A stretch of DNA of 64,000 nt, taken from positions 3,648,001-3,712,000 of the forward strand of contig OY762926.1 of the NCBI GenBank assembly GCA_963666735.1, read 5' to 3'. Of this stretch, positions 1-13,499 are shown one piece after another. The translations under genes and the position numbers were made by a program. A model generated the notes under the pieces. The model was not told the origin of the DNA. It made no database searches and worked only from the letters and a program-made list of their open reading frames with translations. Numbering within the stretch: the first letter of the stretch is position 1; each line of letters opens with the position of its first letter. The DNA comes from Gemmatimonadota bacterium. GTDB lineage: Bacteria > Gemmatimonadota > Gemmatimonadetes > Palauibacterales > Palauibacteraceae.

Positions 1-475
1 GGTTCAGCAGCCCCTCCACCGCCTCCCACCGCTCGCCCGCATCGCGGGAGATGAACAGGCAGGCCGGCTCCACGCCCAGCCGGATCACATCCGGTTCGCG
101 GACCGAGCCCGGCTGGATCTGCCAGATGCGCTTGAGAGCGAGCCCGGAATCCTCGGGAAACCTGACCGAACGCTCGGCCTTCCCGGACCAGCTCGCCCCG
201 AAGTCGTCGGAGAAGCGCAGCGTCGTGCCCCAGAAGGGATTGTGCGGCGCCGCCCACAGGCGCGACCTGCCGGCCCGGTCGTCGTACGCCATCGCGTAGA
301 CTTCCTCACCCGGAAAATGGGGGCCGTCCAGCTCCCAGCCCCCGCCGCCGTCGCCGCTCCCGTCGCCGCCTCCGTCGTCCAGTCCGCCGCCCGCGCGCGC
401 CCGCGCCAGGAAGGCGCCCTTCGTCGTGCCCAGCAGGAGCGTGCCGCCCCCGTTCGTCTCGACGCCACTCGCCAC
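1..475 (-). CDS. BNR/Asp-box repeat (sialidase-like beta-propeller) protein, 3' part beyond window
   Basis: Own translation from GTG at 475: MASGVETNGGGTLLLGTTKGAFL...WELDGPHFPG...FSDDFGASW...FISRDAGERW; two SxDxGxxW Asp boxes. Confidence 0.8.
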   Translation of the reverse strand, partial: MASGVETNGGGTLLLGTTKGAFLARARAGGGLDDGGGDGSGDGGGGWELDGPHFPGEEVYAMAYDDRAGRSRLWAAPHNPFWGTTLRFSDDFGASWSGKAERSVRFPEDSGLALKRIWQIQPGSVREPDVIRLGVEPACLFISRDAGERWEAVEGLLN

Positions 476-636
476 GATCCGTTCCCTCGTCCCTTGCCAG
501 TCGTTTCGCGACCGCAGTCGCCGGCGGCCAATGTACAACGTGGGTGCCGGCGGAGTGCGTCGGCCCCCTGGCGGGGCGCCGGGGCCCGCCAGGGGGGTGC
601 GTTGGCCCGCTGACGGCGGGACGGTATCATCCTCCG

Positions 637-1389
637 ATGCAGGTCTGGATCGGCACGAGCGGCTACAGCTATCCCGCGTGGAAGGGCAGCTTCTATCCGG
701 AGGATCTCCCCAACAAGGAGATGTTGTCCTTCTATGGCCGCCGGCTCGGGGCCGTGGAGATCAACAACACCTTCTACCGCATGCCGCGCGAGAGCGTGCT
801 CGAAAAATGGGCCGGGGCCGTGCCCGACGGATTCCGCTTCGCGCTCAAGGCGTCGCGCCGCATCACGCACTTCAAGCGCTTGCAGAACGCGGAGGAGGAG
901 ACGGAGTATCTCGTGCAGACGGCCGCGGCGATGGCGGACCGCGCCGGCGTCATCCTGTACCAGCTTCCGCCCAACTTCAAACGGGACGATGACCGGCTCG
1001 CGCGCTTCGTGGACCAGCTTCCGAACCCGGGAACGTCCGCCTTCGAGTTCCGGCATGCCTCGTGGTTCGACGAGGGCGTGTTCGACATCCTCCGGTCGCG
1101 GAACTCCGCCCTCTGTCTCGCCGAAACGGATGACGGCGACGACGCCCCTCTCGTCGAGACGGCGGACTGGACCTACGTCCGGCTGCGCCGCAGCGCCTAC
1201 TCAACGGAGGAGCTGGAAGGCTGGGCCGCGCGGCTGCGCGCCTCGGGCTGGGACCGGGTCTACGCCTTCTTCAAGCATGAAGATGCCGGCGTCGGCCCCG
1301 CGCTCGCCGGGCAGTTCACGGAGATGATGGCGGACATGACGGCGGAGATGGCGGACGCGACGGATGTGACGGAGGAGACGGACGCATGA
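637..1389 (+). CDS. DUF72 domain protein
   Basis: IGTSGYSY, VEINNTFYRMP, FRFALKASRRITH, QLPPNF, FEFRHASW, YVRLR motifs; start taken at ATG 637. Confidence 0.9.
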   Translation: MQVWIGTSGYSYPAWKGSFYPEDLPNKEMLSFYGRRLGAVEINNTFYRMPRESVLEKWAGAVPDGFRFALKASRRITHFKRLQNAEEETEYLVQTAAAMADRAGVILYQLPPNFKRDDDRLARFVDQLPNPGTSAFEFRHASWFDEGVFDILRSRNSALCLAETDDGDDAPLVETADWTYVRLRRSAYSTEELEGWAARLRASGWDRVYAFFKHEDAGVGPALAGQFTEMMADMTAEMADATDVTEETDA

Positions 1390-2174
1390 CCCGCGTCGTC
1401 GGCCAGCTCCTCCTGATCAACGTCCTCGCGTACGTGTTGACGCGCCAGAGTCCCGCCCTGATGTCGGAGCTGTGGCTCGTCCCCGCCCAGGTCCTGACGA
1501 AGCCCTGGACGCTCCTCACGTACCAGTTCCTGCACGGCGGCATGTCCCACATCTTCTTCAACATGCTCGCGCTCTTCTTTTTTGGGCCGAAGCTCGAGTC
1601 GCTGCTCGGATCGAAGGATTTCCTGAAGCTGTACCTGCTGGCCGGGCTCGTCGGGGCCCTCGCCCACATCCTGTGGACCCTCCTCGCGATGTCGCAGGGA
1701 GGCCTCTACGTGCCGATGGTCGGCGCCTCGGCGGCCGTGTACGGCGTGCTCTTCGGCTACGCGCGCTACTGGCCGCGCGACCGGGTGATGATCTGGTTCG
1801 TCATCCCGGTGCAGGTCCGCTACCTCGTCATCGGGTTCACGGTGCTTTCCCTGCGGCTGGGCCTCGGCGGCGTCGGCGGCGGCGTGGCGCACTTCGCGCA
1901 TCTGGGCGGGTTCCTCGGCGGCTGGCTCTTTCTGAGGTTGCGGGCCACGCGCTCCGCGGCGGCGCAGTTCCGCAAGAAGGCCGAGAGTCCCGGCGTCCGC
2001 ATGAGAGAGCGGGAGTTGAACGTGAAATGGGCGCGCATCGAGCCGGGCGCCCTTCACCCCGTGAACCGGGCCGAGTACGAGCGCATCGCCGGCAAGCTCA
2101 AGGCCGCGGGGTGGTCCGCCCTCACCGACCGCGAACGCACGTTCGTAGAGAGATTCGGCGGAGGCTTCGGCTAG
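1386..2174 (+). CDS. Rhomboid family intramembrane serine protease
   Basis: FLHGGMSHIFFNM, GASAA (catalytic Ser), AHFAHLGG (catalytic His); ATGA overlap with DUF72. Confidence 0.92.
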   Translation: MTRVVGQLLLINVLAYVLTRQSPALMSELWLVPAQVLTKPWTLLTYQFLHGGMSHIFFNMLALFFFGPKLESLLGSKDFLKLYLLAGLVGALAHILWTLLAMSQGGLYVPMVGASAAVYGVLFGYARYWPRDRVMIWFVIPVQVRYLVIGFTVLSLRLGLGGVGGGVAHFAHLGGFLGGWLFLRLRATRSAAAQFRKKAESPGVRMRERELNVKWARIEPGALHPVNRAEYERIAGKLKAAGWSALTDRERTFVERFGGGFG

Positions 2175-3819
2175 GAGCTTGCGCGGTAGAACGGTCGCGA
2201 AGGGCGGCGGATCCCGGGAAGCGCGGCCGCCCGGAGGCTGAGGGGCGCCGGTTGTCGGCGGGAGCCGCCGTCGCGCGGGCGAAGCCGCCGCGCCGGCGCC
2301 GTTTCCGGGTGGATCCGGCCGCGTTTCGGGCCCCGGAGGCCCTCCGGCGCGAAGATTTCGCCCCTCACGCGGCCCGAAGGACGTGGAGGCGCCGCGCGTT
2401 GAGCGCCAGACACACCAGATCCCACTCGCCGCGCACGTTCTCCAAGCCCCTGAGGCTGAACCTCCTGAACCCCATCGCCTCCTTGACCCACCCGATGGGC
2501 GCTTCGGCGATCCACTTGCGCTTGGCATACACCGCCCGGCCTTGGGGAGTCTCCAGCTTCTTCGCCATGCGCGCCGTCGCCGGGAGCTTCTTCGGGTCGG
2601 GCTTGCCGGCCCCCTTGCCCTCCCGGCCCAGCGCCACGTAGCCGTCGATCCCCCGCGCATCCAGAGCCGCCAGATCCTCCTCGTTCGAGTAGCCCGCGTC
2701 GGCCAGCACCTCGCCCGGCGTCTCCCCCAACCGCCCGGACACCTCGTCCACCCGCTCCACCAGCTGCCCCTGGTCGCTCGCGTTGTCGGTCACCTCCGCC
2801 CCCAGCACCAGCTGGCTCTCGCCGTCGACCACCGCCTGCGCGTTGTAGCACTGCTGGTAGCCCTCCGTGCTCGTCCGCATGATCCGGCTCTCCGGATCCG
2901 TGAAGTTCGTCTGCGAGTCCGCCTCCGGCTCCCCGTAGGCCAGCTTGTACGGCGACCCCCCCTTCGGGTTGCGGTCCCACTCCGGCTCCCGGCCCCGCGC
3001 GTCGTCGCGCTCCCGCGCCTCCGCCTCCAGACGAGCCCGCGCCGCCCGGATCGCCGCCAGCCGGTCCTCCCGCCGCTTCAGCTCCTCCGGCAGCTCGTCG
3101 CCCCGAACGTCCTCCCCGTGCCGCTCGTCCTCCTCCGCGTCGGCCGCCTCCGCACGCGCCAGCAACTCCGCGATCTCCGCCTCCAGGCGCGCCTCCTCCG
3201 GACCCATCCGCCCGTAGCTCATCGCCTTCCGCTTGCTCGCGTTCGCCCGAACCTTCGTCCCGTCCACCGCCACCCGGCCCAGCCCCGCCAGACCCAGCTC
3301 CCGCGCCAGAAGCACCGCCTCGGCGAACAACGCACCGAACGCCCTCAGGTTCTTCTTCCGGAACTCGCACAGCGTCCGGTGCGCCGGAAAGTTCCCCGCC
3401 GCCAGCATCCTGAGCGGCACGTCCTCCTCCAGCTTCCGCGCCAGCTTCCGAGACGAGAACACCCCCGTCGCGTAACCGTACAGCAGAACCTTCACCATCA
3501 TCCGCGGATCGTACGGGCTCCGACGGCGTCCGTCCCCCTCGTACCGCGCGTAGAACGCCGACAGGTCCAGCGCGTCCACCAGATCGCTCACGTGGTGCGC
3601 CAGATGCCCCGCCGGCACCCACTCGCGAAGATCCTGCGGCAGCAGCAACCGCTGGTCCGGATCGTACGGGCGGAACCTCGTCCGCATCCTCTCCGGATCG
3701 TACGGTAGAGACCTCGCACTCATCGCCAACTCCCCGCGCCGAACTTGAACCCGTCACAGCACGCCATCACCATAACCACCCGAAACGCGCCGCACCATCG
3801 GTTTCTACGGCGCAGGCTC
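2175..3819 (-). mobile_element. IS1182-family insertion sequence, apparently complete
   Basis: TIRs GAGCTTGCGCGGTAGAA (2175-2191) and TTCTACGGCGCAGGCTC (3803-3819), 15/17 inverted match; CTAG duplicated at 2171-2174 and 3820-3823. Confidence 0.88.
2365..3687 (-). CDS. IS1182-family DDE transposase
   Basis: YDPRMMVKVLLYGYATGVFSSRKL, VAVDGTKVRANAS, TDPESRIM, LADAGY, YAKRKWIAE; start may be up to 3729. Confidence 0.92.
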   Translation of the reverse strand: MRTRFRPYDPDQRLLLPQDLREWVPAGHLAHHVSDLVDALDLSAFYARYEGDGRRRSPYDPRMMVKVLLYGYATGVFSSRKLARKLEEDVPLRMLAAGNFPAHRTLCEFRKKNLRAFGALFAEAVLLARELGLAGLGRVAVDGTKVRANASKRKAMSYGRMGPEEARLEAEIAELLARAEAADAEEDERHGEDVRGDELPEELKRREDRLAAIRAARARLEAEARERDDARGREPEWDRNPKGGSPYKLAYGEPEADSQTNFTDPESRIMRTSTEGYQQCYNAQAVVDGESQLVLGAEVTDNASDQGQLVERVDEVSGRLGETPGEVLADAGYSNEEDLAALDARGIDGYVALGREGKGAGKPDPKKLPATARMAKKLETPQGRAVYAKRKWIAEAPIGWVKEAMGFRRFSLRGLENVRGEWDLVCLALNARRLHVLRAA

Positions 3820-3965
3820 CTAGCACGAGCCGCTGCGGCGCCCCGCGCCGGCATTTTGCGAAACGAGTCACGTCGCCTATCTTCCGCCGCTTCCGCGTCG
3901 GCCAACCCTTCCCGGGATTCCGCCATGCATCACGCCCCGCCCCTCGATCCGACGGTCTAACCATC

Positions 3966-5099
3966 ATGGATGGGCGCATCCTGTTTCTGCCGGGCGATGG
4001 CATCGGACCCGAGGTCCTGCTTGAGGCGCGACGGGTACTGGAGGCCATCGGCGAGATCCGCGGCCACCGGTTCGAGATCCTGGAGGCCCCCATCGGCGAC
4101 GGCGCGCTCGAGCGGTTCGGCGATCCGCTGCCGGACGAGACGCGAGCACTGGCGGTCGAGGTCGACGCCGTGCTCGTCGGGGCCGTCGGCCTCGCCGTGC
4201 GCCCGGCGGACGGAACGCAGGTCGACGCCTCCAGAGGGCTGCTGGATCTGCGGCAGTTGCTGGGGAACCACGCGAATATCCGGCCCGTTTCCGTACCCGC
4301 GGCGCTCGTGGACCGGTCTCCCCTCCGCCCGGACCGTGTTCGCGGCGTGGACCTCGTCGTCGTCCGCGAACTGCTCGGCGGCATCTATTTCGGTCCCGGC
4401 GGGATCGAGGACGGCGTCGCCTTCGACATCGAGATGTACACGGAGGCGGAGATTCGGCGGATCTCCGGGGCGGCGTTCGAAATCGCGCGGGCGCGGCGGA
4501 AGAAGGTGACCTCGGTCGACAAGGCGAATGTCCTCGAGTCATCGATCCTCTGGCGCCGAGTCGCCGAAGAGGTGTCCCGCGACTATCCGGATGTCGAGTT
4601 CTCCAGCATGCTCGTGGACAATTGCGCGATGCAGTTGATCCACAACCCGCGCCAGTTCGACGTGCTGCTGACCAACAACATGTTCGGCGACATTCTGAGC
4701 GATGAAGCGGCGGTGCTCGCCGGGAGCTTGGGCATGCTGCCCTCGGCGAGCGTGGGCGGCGACATCGGTCTCTATGAGCCGGTCCACGGCGCGGCGCCGG
4801 ACATCGCGGGGCAGGGGATCGCGAACCCGCTCGGCGCGGTCCTCTCCGTCGCGATGATGCTCGAACTCACGTTCGCGCTCCAGGAGGAGGCGAACGCCGT
4901 GCGGTACGCCGTGAACCGCGTGCTCGAAGATGGACACGGCACGGCGGATCTCCAGGTCGGCGGCGGACCGGCGCCGGTGTCGACGGCGCGGATGGGCGCG
5001 TTGATCGTCGAGGCCCTGGGCCGCGTGGGCCTGGCGCGCGCGCGAGGCTCGGCGGGCTCGGTGGCCGCGGCAAACGGAGCAGGGGGGAACCAATGCTGA
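3966..5099 (+). CDS. leuB: 3-isopropylmalate dehydrogenase
   Basis: [53 protein letters not shown]. Confidence 0.9.
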   Translation: MDGRILFLPGDGIGPEVLLEARRVLEAIGEIRGHRFEILEAPIGDGALERFGDPLPDETRALAVEVDAVLVGAVGLAVRPADGTQVDASRGLLDLRQLLGNHANIRPVSVPAALVDRSPLRPDRVRGVDLVVVRELLGGIYFGPGGIEDGVAFDIEMYTEAEIRRISGAAFEIARARRKKVTSVDKANVLESSILWRRVAEEVSRDYPDVEFSSMLVDNCAMQLIHNPRQFDVLLTNNMFGDILSDEAAVLAGSLGMLPSASVGGDIGLYEPVHGAAPDIAGQGIANPLGAVLSVAMMLELTFALQEEANAVRYAVNRVLEDGHGTADLQVGGGPAPVSTARMGALIVEALGRVGLARARGSAGSVAAANGAGGNQC

Positions 5100-6775
5100 A
5101 CCGGATCAGCCGCGAGCTGACGCAGCATCCGGATCGGCCGGCCGCGCGCGCGATGCTGTTCGCGGCGGGCCTGACGGAGGAAGACCTGGACCGCCCGCAG
5201 ATCGGGATCGTCAGCTCCGGCTACGAGGGCAATCCGTGCAACATGCACCTCAACGGCCTCGCCGCGGCGGCGAAGGAAGGGGTCCGGTCATCCGGCATGA
5301 TCGGCTTCGTCTCGAACACGATCGGGGTCAGCGACGGGATCTCGATGGGCACGCTCGGGATGCGCTATTCGCTCCCCTCGCGCGACCTGATCGCGGATTC
5401 GATCGAGACGATCGCGTCGGCGCAGCACTACGACGGCGTTATCACGGTCATGGGCTGCGACAAGAACATGCCGGGCGCCATGATGGCCATGAGTCGGCTC
5501 GGCCGCCCCGCGATGATGATTTACGGCGGCACGATCGCGCCGGGGCGCCGCAACGGGGAGCGGCTCGACGTCGTCTCCTCCTTCGAGGCCCTCGGGCAGC
5601 GGCTGGCCGGGACCATCACCTCCGGGGAGTACCGGGAGATCGTGCGTTTGAGTTGTCCGGGCGCGGGGGCGTGCGGCGGGATGTTCACGGCGAACACGAT
5701 GGCCTCGACGATCGAGGTCATGGGGATGAGTCTCCCCGGCAGTTCCTCGAACCCCGCGACGAGCGACGACAAGCGGGCGGAATGCGGGAGGGCGGGAGAG
5801 GCGATCCGGAACCTGCTCGAGCGGAACCTGTGTCCCCGCGACATCCTCACGCGCGAGGCGTTCGAGAACGCGATCACGCTCGCCGTCGTCATCGGCGGGT
5901 CCACGAACGTCGTGCTTCACCTGCTCGCCATCGCGCGCACGATCGGCGTCGATCTCACGATCGACGACTTCCAGCGCATCAGCGATCGCACGCCGCTGCT
6001 GGCGGACTTCAGGCCCAGCGGCCCGTACGTGATGGAGGACCTGCACCGCATCGGCGGCATGCCCGCCCTCATCAAGGCCCTCCTCGCGGAAGGCCTCCTG
6101 CACGGCGACTGCATGACCGTCACGGGACAGACGCTGGCCGAGAACGCGGCGGATGCGCCCCCGCTGGGCGACGATCCGAGAGTCGTGCACGGCCTGGACG
6201 ATCCCATCAAGGCGTCCGGGCACCTCCGCATCCTCTACGGCAACGTGGCCGAGGATGGCTCCGTGGCGAAGATCACCGGCAAGGAGGGCGAGGTCTTCGA
6301 GGGGCCGGCCCGCGTGTTCGACGGCGAAGCCGAGGCGAACGAGGCGATCGGAGAGGGCCGGATCCGGAAGGGGGACGTGATCGTCATCCGCTACGAGGGT
6401 CCGCGCGGCGGGCCCGGCATGCCGGAGATGCTCACGCCGACCTCCATGATCATGGGACGCGGGCTGGGCGGAGACGTCGCCCTCATCACGGACGGCCGCT
6501 TCTCCGGCGGCACCCACGGCTTCGTCGTCGGACACATCACGCCGGAAGCGCGGGAAGGCGGCGTCATCGCCCTCCTCGCCGACGGCGACCGCATACGGAT
6601 CGACGCGATCGAGAACACGATCGACGTCCACCTCTCGCCGGCGGAGATCCAGGCCCGCCGCGAGGCGTGGGCCGCGCCGCCGCCGCGCGCGAATTCCGGG
6701 GCCCTGTACAGGTACGCGCGCACCGTGTCGCCGGCCTCGGAAGGTTGTACCACGGACAGGGATGTACCGCGATGA
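5093..6775 (+). CDS. ilvD: Dihydroxy-acid dehydratase
   Basis: [54 protein letters not shown]. Confidence 0.95.
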   Translation: MLNRISRELTQHPDRPAARAMLFAAGLTEEDLDRPQIGIVSSGYEGNPCNMHLNGLAAAAKEGVRSSGMIGFVSNTIGVSDGISMGTLGMRYSLPSRDLIADSIETIASAQHYDGVITVMGCDKNMPGAMMAMSRLGRPAMMIYGGTIAPGRRNGERLDVVSSFEALGQRLAGTITSGEYREIVRLSCPGAGACGGMFTANTMASTIEVMGMSLPGSSSNPATSDDKRAECGRAGEAIRNLLERNLCPRDILTREAFENAITLAVVIGGSTNVVLHLLAIARTIGVDLTIDDFQRISDRTPLLADFRPSGPYVMEDLHRIGGMPALIKALLAEGLLHGDCMTVTGQTLAENAADAPPLGDDPRVVHGLDDPIKASGHLRILYGNVAEDGSVAKITGKEGEVFEGPARVFDGEAEANEAIGEGRIRKGDVIVIRYEGPRGGPGMPEMLTPTSMIMGRGLGGDVALITDGRFSGGTHGFVVGHITPEAREGGVIALLADGDRIRIDAIENTIDVHLSPAEIQARREAWAAPPPRANSGALYRYARTVSPASEGCTTDRDVPR

Positions 6776-8541
6776 CGCACGACACGGCAGTACTCATCGA
6801 CGAGAGACGGACCGGCCACGCCGGTCGCGGAGAGCCGCCGGTTCCGCCGGCGCGAACCATGTCGGGCGCGGAGGCCCTCGCCTCTTCCCTTGTCCGGGGC
6901 GGGGTGCGCGTCGTATTCGGCTACCCGGGCGGCGCGATCATGCCGGTCTACGACGCGCTGCTCGACTACGAGGACCAGCTTCGCCACGTCCTCGTACGCC
7001 ACGAGCAGGGGGCGATTCACGCGGCGCAGGGCTACGCGCGTGTGTCCGGAGAACCGGGCGTGTGCCTCACGACCTCCGGGCCGGGCGCCACGAACCTGAT
7101 CACCGGCATCGCCGACGCGAAGATGGACAGCACGCCGGTCGTCTGCATCACGGGCCAGGTCCCGTCGGCCCTGCTCGGCTCCGATGCGTTCCAGGAAACC
7201 GATGTGCTCTCCGTGAGCGCGCCGGTCACGAAGTGGAGTTGCAAGATCACGCGTCCCGAGGATATCCCGGCCGCGGTCTCCAGGGCGCTGTACATCGCCC
7301 GCACCGGACGCCCGGGCCCCGTCCTCATCGACATCACGAAGGACGCGCAGTTCGGCACGTTCGAGTACCGGCCGGTCGAGCACGAGCCCCGGGTCCGGGG
7401 TTACGACCCGCGGCCTCCGCTCGACGCGAAAGCCGTCGCGTCCGCGTGCCGCCTCATCGACCGGGCCCGCAAGCCTCTCGTCCTCGTGGGCCAGGGCGTC
7501 CTCCTGTCGGGGGCCCAGGAAGAACTTCGGCGCTTCGTCGAGCGGGCGGGACTTCCCTTCGCCTGCACGCTGCTCGGTCTCGGGGCCCTGCCCACCCGCC
7601 ATCCGCAATACGTCGGCCTGCTGGGGATGCACGGGAACTACGGGCCCAACATCAAGACGAACGACTGCGACCTGCTCATCGCGGCCGGGATGCGGTTCGA
7701 CGACCGCGTGACCGGCAGTCTCGCGAAGTACGCGCGGGGCGCTCAGGTCGTCCACGTGGATATCGATGCGTCCGAAATCGACAAGAACGTCCCGGCGGAC
7801 GTCGGGATCGTGGCGGACGCCAAGGAGGCGCTGGCCGCCCTCGCCACGGGCGTCGCGAGCGGGTCGCACGAGGCCTGGCTGGCCGAGTTCCGCGCCTGCG
7901 ACGAGATCGAGCGCGAACGTGTGATCGAGGGCGATCTCTTCCCCGATTCTCCCGGCATCCGGATGGCCGAGGTGATCCACCGGCTCTCCGAGCGCACGGA
8001 GGGCCGGGCGACGCTCATCGCCGACGTGGGGCAGCATCAGATGGCGGCGGCCCGCTACTACCGGTTCGACGAGGGCCACACGCTCGTCACCTCCGGCGGC
8101 GCGGGCACGATGGGCTACGCGCTGCCGGCGGCGATGGGCGCCGTCGTCGCCCGTCCGGACCGCGCGATCGTCGCGGTGATCGGCGACGGGGGCTTCCAGA
8201 TGACGCTTCAGGAACTCGGCGCCATCGTCCAGGAGGGCATCGCCGTCAAGGCGGTGATCCTGAACAACGGCTTCCTGGGGATGGTCCGGCAGTGGCAGGA
8301 GATGTTCTTCGCCCGCCGCTACTCCGCGATCGAACTGAAGAACCCGAACTTCGCGGAGGTCGCGGCGGCGTTCGGCATGGAAGGGCGGCAGGTGACGGAG
8401 AGGGGCGAAATCGACGACGCCATCGACGAGATGCTGGCGTCCGAGACCGCCTTTCTGCTCGAAGTCGTCGTCGAGCGGGAGGAGAACGTCTTCCCGATGG
8501 TGCCGGCCGGCGCGAGCTGTTCCGAGATCCGCCTCGAATAA
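6772..8541 (+). CDS. ilvB: Acetolactate synthase large subunit
   Basis: [39 protein letters not shown]...NN TPP-binding motif; start ATG 6772 (ATGA overlap). Confidence 0.95.
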   Translation: MTHDTAVLIDERRTGHAGRGEPPVPPARTMSGAEALASSLVRGGVRVVFGYPGGAIMPVYDALLDYEDQLRHVLVRHEQGAIHAAQGYARVSGEPGVCLTTSGPGATNLITGIADAKMDSTPVVCITGQVPSALLGSDAFQETDVLSVSAPVTKWSCKITRPEDIPAAVSRALYIARTGRPGPVLIDITKDAQFGTFEYRPVEHEPRVRGYDPRPPLDAKAVASACRLIDRARKPLVLVGQGVLLSGAQEELRRFVERAGLPFACTLLGLGALPTRHPQYVGLLGMHGNYGPNIKTNDCDLLIAAGMRFDDRVTGSLAKYARGAQVVHVDIDASEIDKNVPADVGIVADAKEALAALATGVASGSHEAWLAEFRACDEIERERVIEGDLFPDSPGIRMAEVIHRLSERTEGRATLIADVGQHQMAAARYYRFDEGHTLVTSGGAGTMGYALPAAMGAVVARPDRAIVAVIGDGGFQMTLQELGAIVQEGIAVKAVILNNGFLGMVRQWQEMFFARRYSAIELKNPNFAEVAAAFGMEGRQVTERGEIDDAIDEMLASETAFLLEVVVEREENVFPMVPAGASCSEIRLE

Positions 8542-8813
8542 TGGCTGCAGATACAGCTCGATACCGGGTGTCCGCGCTGACGGATCGGGACAGCGCGCTG
8601 CTCCTGCGCGTCATCGCGTGTCTGGGGCGTCACTGCATCGAGATCGAACGTTTCCGCTGCGAGACCCTGCCGGGCGCCGCCGCCTTCGAGCACGAGCTCG
8701 TCGTCCGGACGGAGAAGGACCGCATGCGGCGCGCGGCGAAACAGATCCGCGCCACGGTAGGGGTGGCGCGAGTAGACTATTGCGTCGTCGAGGACGACGA
8801 CGCGGATCGCTGA
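8541..8813 (+). CDS. ilvN: ACT-domain acetolactate synthase small subunit, divergent
   Basis: 90 aa, TAATG overlap after ilvB, ACT-like pattern (VSALTDRDSALLLRVIACLGR...KQIRATVGVARV). Confidence 0.7.
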   Translation: MAADTARYRVSALTDRDSALLLRVIACLGRHCIEIERFRCETLPGAAAFEHELVVRTEKDRMRRAAKQIRATVGVARVDYCVVEDDDADR

Positions 8814-8852
8814 CCAAAGACCCGCTGACAAGAACCGGCGGAGGGAGAGGTC

Positions 8853-9890
8853 GTGGCCAGAATACGTGTGGGCGATGCCGAAGAGACCGTAGTCACGCGG
8901 GAAGAGTGGCCGCTGGAGAAGGCGCGGGAGGCGCTGAGGGATGAGACGATCGCGGTGCTGGGCTACGGGGTCCAGGGCCCCGGGCAGGCGCTCAACCTGA
9001 GGGACAACGGATTCCGTGTGATCGTCGGACAGCGCAAGGGTTCCGGCTCCTGGGACCGGGCCGTCGCGGATGGATGGGTGGAGGGCGAGACGCTGTTCGA
9101 GATCGGGGAAGCGGCCCGGCGGGGCACCGTCCTCCAGTATCTCCTCTCCGACGCGGGTCAGATCGCGTGCTGGGAAGAGGTCAAGGCGCGGCTCACGCCC
9201 GGGAAATGTCTCTATTTCTCGCACGGTTTCGGCGTGACCTACCGGGAACTGACCGGAATCATCCCCCCCGCGGATGTCGACGTCGTGCTCGTGGCGCCCA
9301 AGGGGTCCGGCCTCTCGCTGCGGCGGCTGTTCGTTCAGGGAAAGGGCGTGAACTCGAGCTACGGCGTCTTCCGGGACGCGACGGGCCGGGCGCGGGAGCG
9401 GGCCATCTCGCTGGGGATCGGCGTCGGCTCCGCCTTCCTCTTCGAGACCGATTTCCAGCGTGAGGTGTGGTCCGATCTCACCGGCGAGCGCGGGATCCTC
9501 ATGGGCGCGATCGCCGGCGTCTTCGAGGCGCAGTTCGCGGTGCTGCGGAAGAACGGCCATTCCCCCTCGGAGGCCTTCAACGAGACGGTGGAGGAACTCA
9601 CCCAGAGCCTCATGCCGCTCGTGGCCGAGAACGGCATGGACTGGATGTACCGAAACTGCTCGACCACGGCGCAGCGCGGTGCGCTCGACTGGCGCCACAG
9701 ATTCCGCGAGGCCGTCACGCCGCTGTTCGACGAGCTCTATGAGAGCGTGAAGACGGGCGAGGAAGCCCGGGTCGTCATCGAGACGTGCGGCAGAGATGAC
9801 TATCGGGAGCGGCTCGGGGAGGAACTCGACGAGATGGCGAACTCGGAACTGTGGCGAGCCGGCAAGACGCTCCGCGAGCTGAGGCCCTGA
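8853..9890 (+). CDS. ilvC: Ketol-acid reductoisomerase (Bacteroidota/fungal Ilv5-like type)
   Basis: GYGVQGPGQALNLRDNG, FSHGF, VAPKGSG, SDLTGERG, NGMDWMYRNCSTTAQRGALDW. Confidence 0.93.
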   Translation: MARIRVGDAEETVVTREEWPLEKAREALRDETIAVLGYGVQGPGQALNLRDNGFRVIVGQRKGSGSWDRAVADGWVEGETLFEIGEAARRGTVLQYLLSDAGQIACWEEVKARLTPGKCLYFSHGFGVTYRELTGIIPPADVDVVLVAPKGSGLSLRRLFVQGKGVNSSYGVFRDATGRARERAISLGIGVGSAFLFETDFQREVWSDLTGERGILMGAIAGVFEAQFAVLRKNGHSPSEAFNETVEELTQSLMPLVAENGMDWMYRNCSTTAQRGALDWRHRFREAVTPLFDELYESVKTGEEARVVIETCGRDDYRERLGEELDEMANSELWRAGKTLRELRP

Positions 9891-9896
9891 CCCGGC

Positions 9897-12204
<2,308 letters not shown>

Positions 12205-12226
12205 GACCGCAAGGAGAGGAGGGAGT

Positions 12227-12640
12227 ATGGTAAGACAGCACGCCTGCTTCGCCGGGGTCGATTGGGCGCCAGAGACTCATCACGTCTGCTTTCCGTCCAT
12301 TCGATCAACCCGAAGCAACTTGATCGCTTCCGCGGCCGCTTCTCGCCCACCGGTGCCAAGAACGACAGCCGCGACGCCCGCGTCCTCGCCGACGCGCTCC
12401 GGACAGACGGCCACTGCATCCGCAGGATCAATCCCGTTGATCCTGCGGATGCCGAGTTGAGGGAGTGGTCGCGCATCGCGGAGGAACTGACGCGCGAACC
12501 CACTCGCCTGTCGAACCGGTTACGCGAGCAGCTCTGGCGCTACTAGCCGCAGATTCTCGAAGCTGCCGACAACATCGCCCAGCCCTGGTTCCTGGAGCTT
12601 TGGGCGCGGGTTCCCACGCCTGCCAAGGCGCGGCGGGTCC
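12227..12640 (+). pseudogene. IS110-family transposase relic (internal deletion, frameshift, stop)
   Basis: GVDWAPETHHVC then, in another frame, SINPKQLDRFRGRFSPTGAKNDSRDARVLADALRTD...REQLWRY*PQIL. Confidence 0.8.
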
Positions 12641-12689
12641 ACCTCCACACCCGCCTTCCGTGTGGCGGACGCGACAGCGGAACCACGCA

Positions 12690-13229
12690 TCATCTGTGCC
12701 TCTTGTAGAGGAACCACCCGCCGACACCGATGCCGCCGGATACGACAACGTACGGCACGCAACGGCCTCCCAACCCATCGCTGGCGCAGGTAGCGCTGCC
12801 GTACAGGAAGTTGAGCCCCCCCACTACCATCATGCCGAGGCCTACGTACTTGAGCACAGGATCCTTCTCCTCCTGCTCCTGTCGGAAGTCCGCGAAGGCG
12901 CGCTGGAACGATGGTCGGCCCGGCAACGAAGTCGTCAGGGTCGGGCCGGCGGGGGTGGCACGCGAGGCGTTCAAGTCGGTCGTCGGATTCGATGGACGGA
13001 AGCGGCTCTGCGAACTAGAGAATCTCGGTGCCACCGCAACATTCCCGCTCCGCAGCGTGCTTGCAGGACTGCGGCTGAATGTGACGACGTGGGGAACCAG
13101 GAGCGCTCGGGCCGCGAGGGCGCGTGAGGCCTCTCCGGCGCCCGAGGACGGAACCGTCTGGGCGTCTGCGGGCACGGCCTCGAGCGCCGCCCCGACCATG
13201 AGGAGCCTGATGATGGTTCGGATTGGCAT
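12690..13229 (-). CDS. Hypothetical secreted/membrane protein
   Basis: AAGGAG upstream of ATG 13229; signal-like N-terminus ending ADAQ; two C-terminal hydrophobic segments. Confidence 0.6.
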   Translation of the reverse strand: MPIRTIIRLLMVGAALEAVPADAQTVPSSGAGEASRALAARALLVPHVVTFSRSPASTLRSGNVAVAPRFSSSQSRFRPSNPTTDLNASRATPAGPTLTTSLPGRPSFQRAFADFRQEQEEKDPVLKYVGLGMMVVGGLNFLYGSATCASDGLGGRCVPYVVVSGGIGVGGWFLYKRHR

Positions 13230-13499
13230 TACTTTTCTCCTTATGGCTGTTGGGAAACCAGGGACAGTCGACTGAACCGTCGAACCGCAGCCCTTGGGTG
13301 GGCACCTCTCCGACGAAAAAGAGCACGGCTTGCGTCGGCGAGGGGGCGAACAGGCGGAGCGTGCCAGCTGTAGGGCGACGAGGAGGAGGGGAGAAACGGG
13401 GGCGGCAGCGCCGAAAACGCGCGTCAGGCTCGGCTCGAGCTTGGAGTTGCCCCGCTTTGACGGACACCTATCCATTGGGGTCAAGCAAGGAGGTGTTCC

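Noticed and set aside
1..14. Inverted match of the window start to GGGGCTGCTGAA at 55867
   Set aside because: The first copy is inside a coding region 55 kb away; a chance 12-mer.
3745..3800. Thr/Ile-rich leader peptide (AITITT) upstream of leuB
   Set aside because: Lies inside the IS1182 end and no attenuator terminator is visible.
13295..13350. c-di-GMP-I riboswitch (GACGCAAGCC on the minus strand)
   Set aside because: The GGCAAA and GNRA tetraloop elements are absent.
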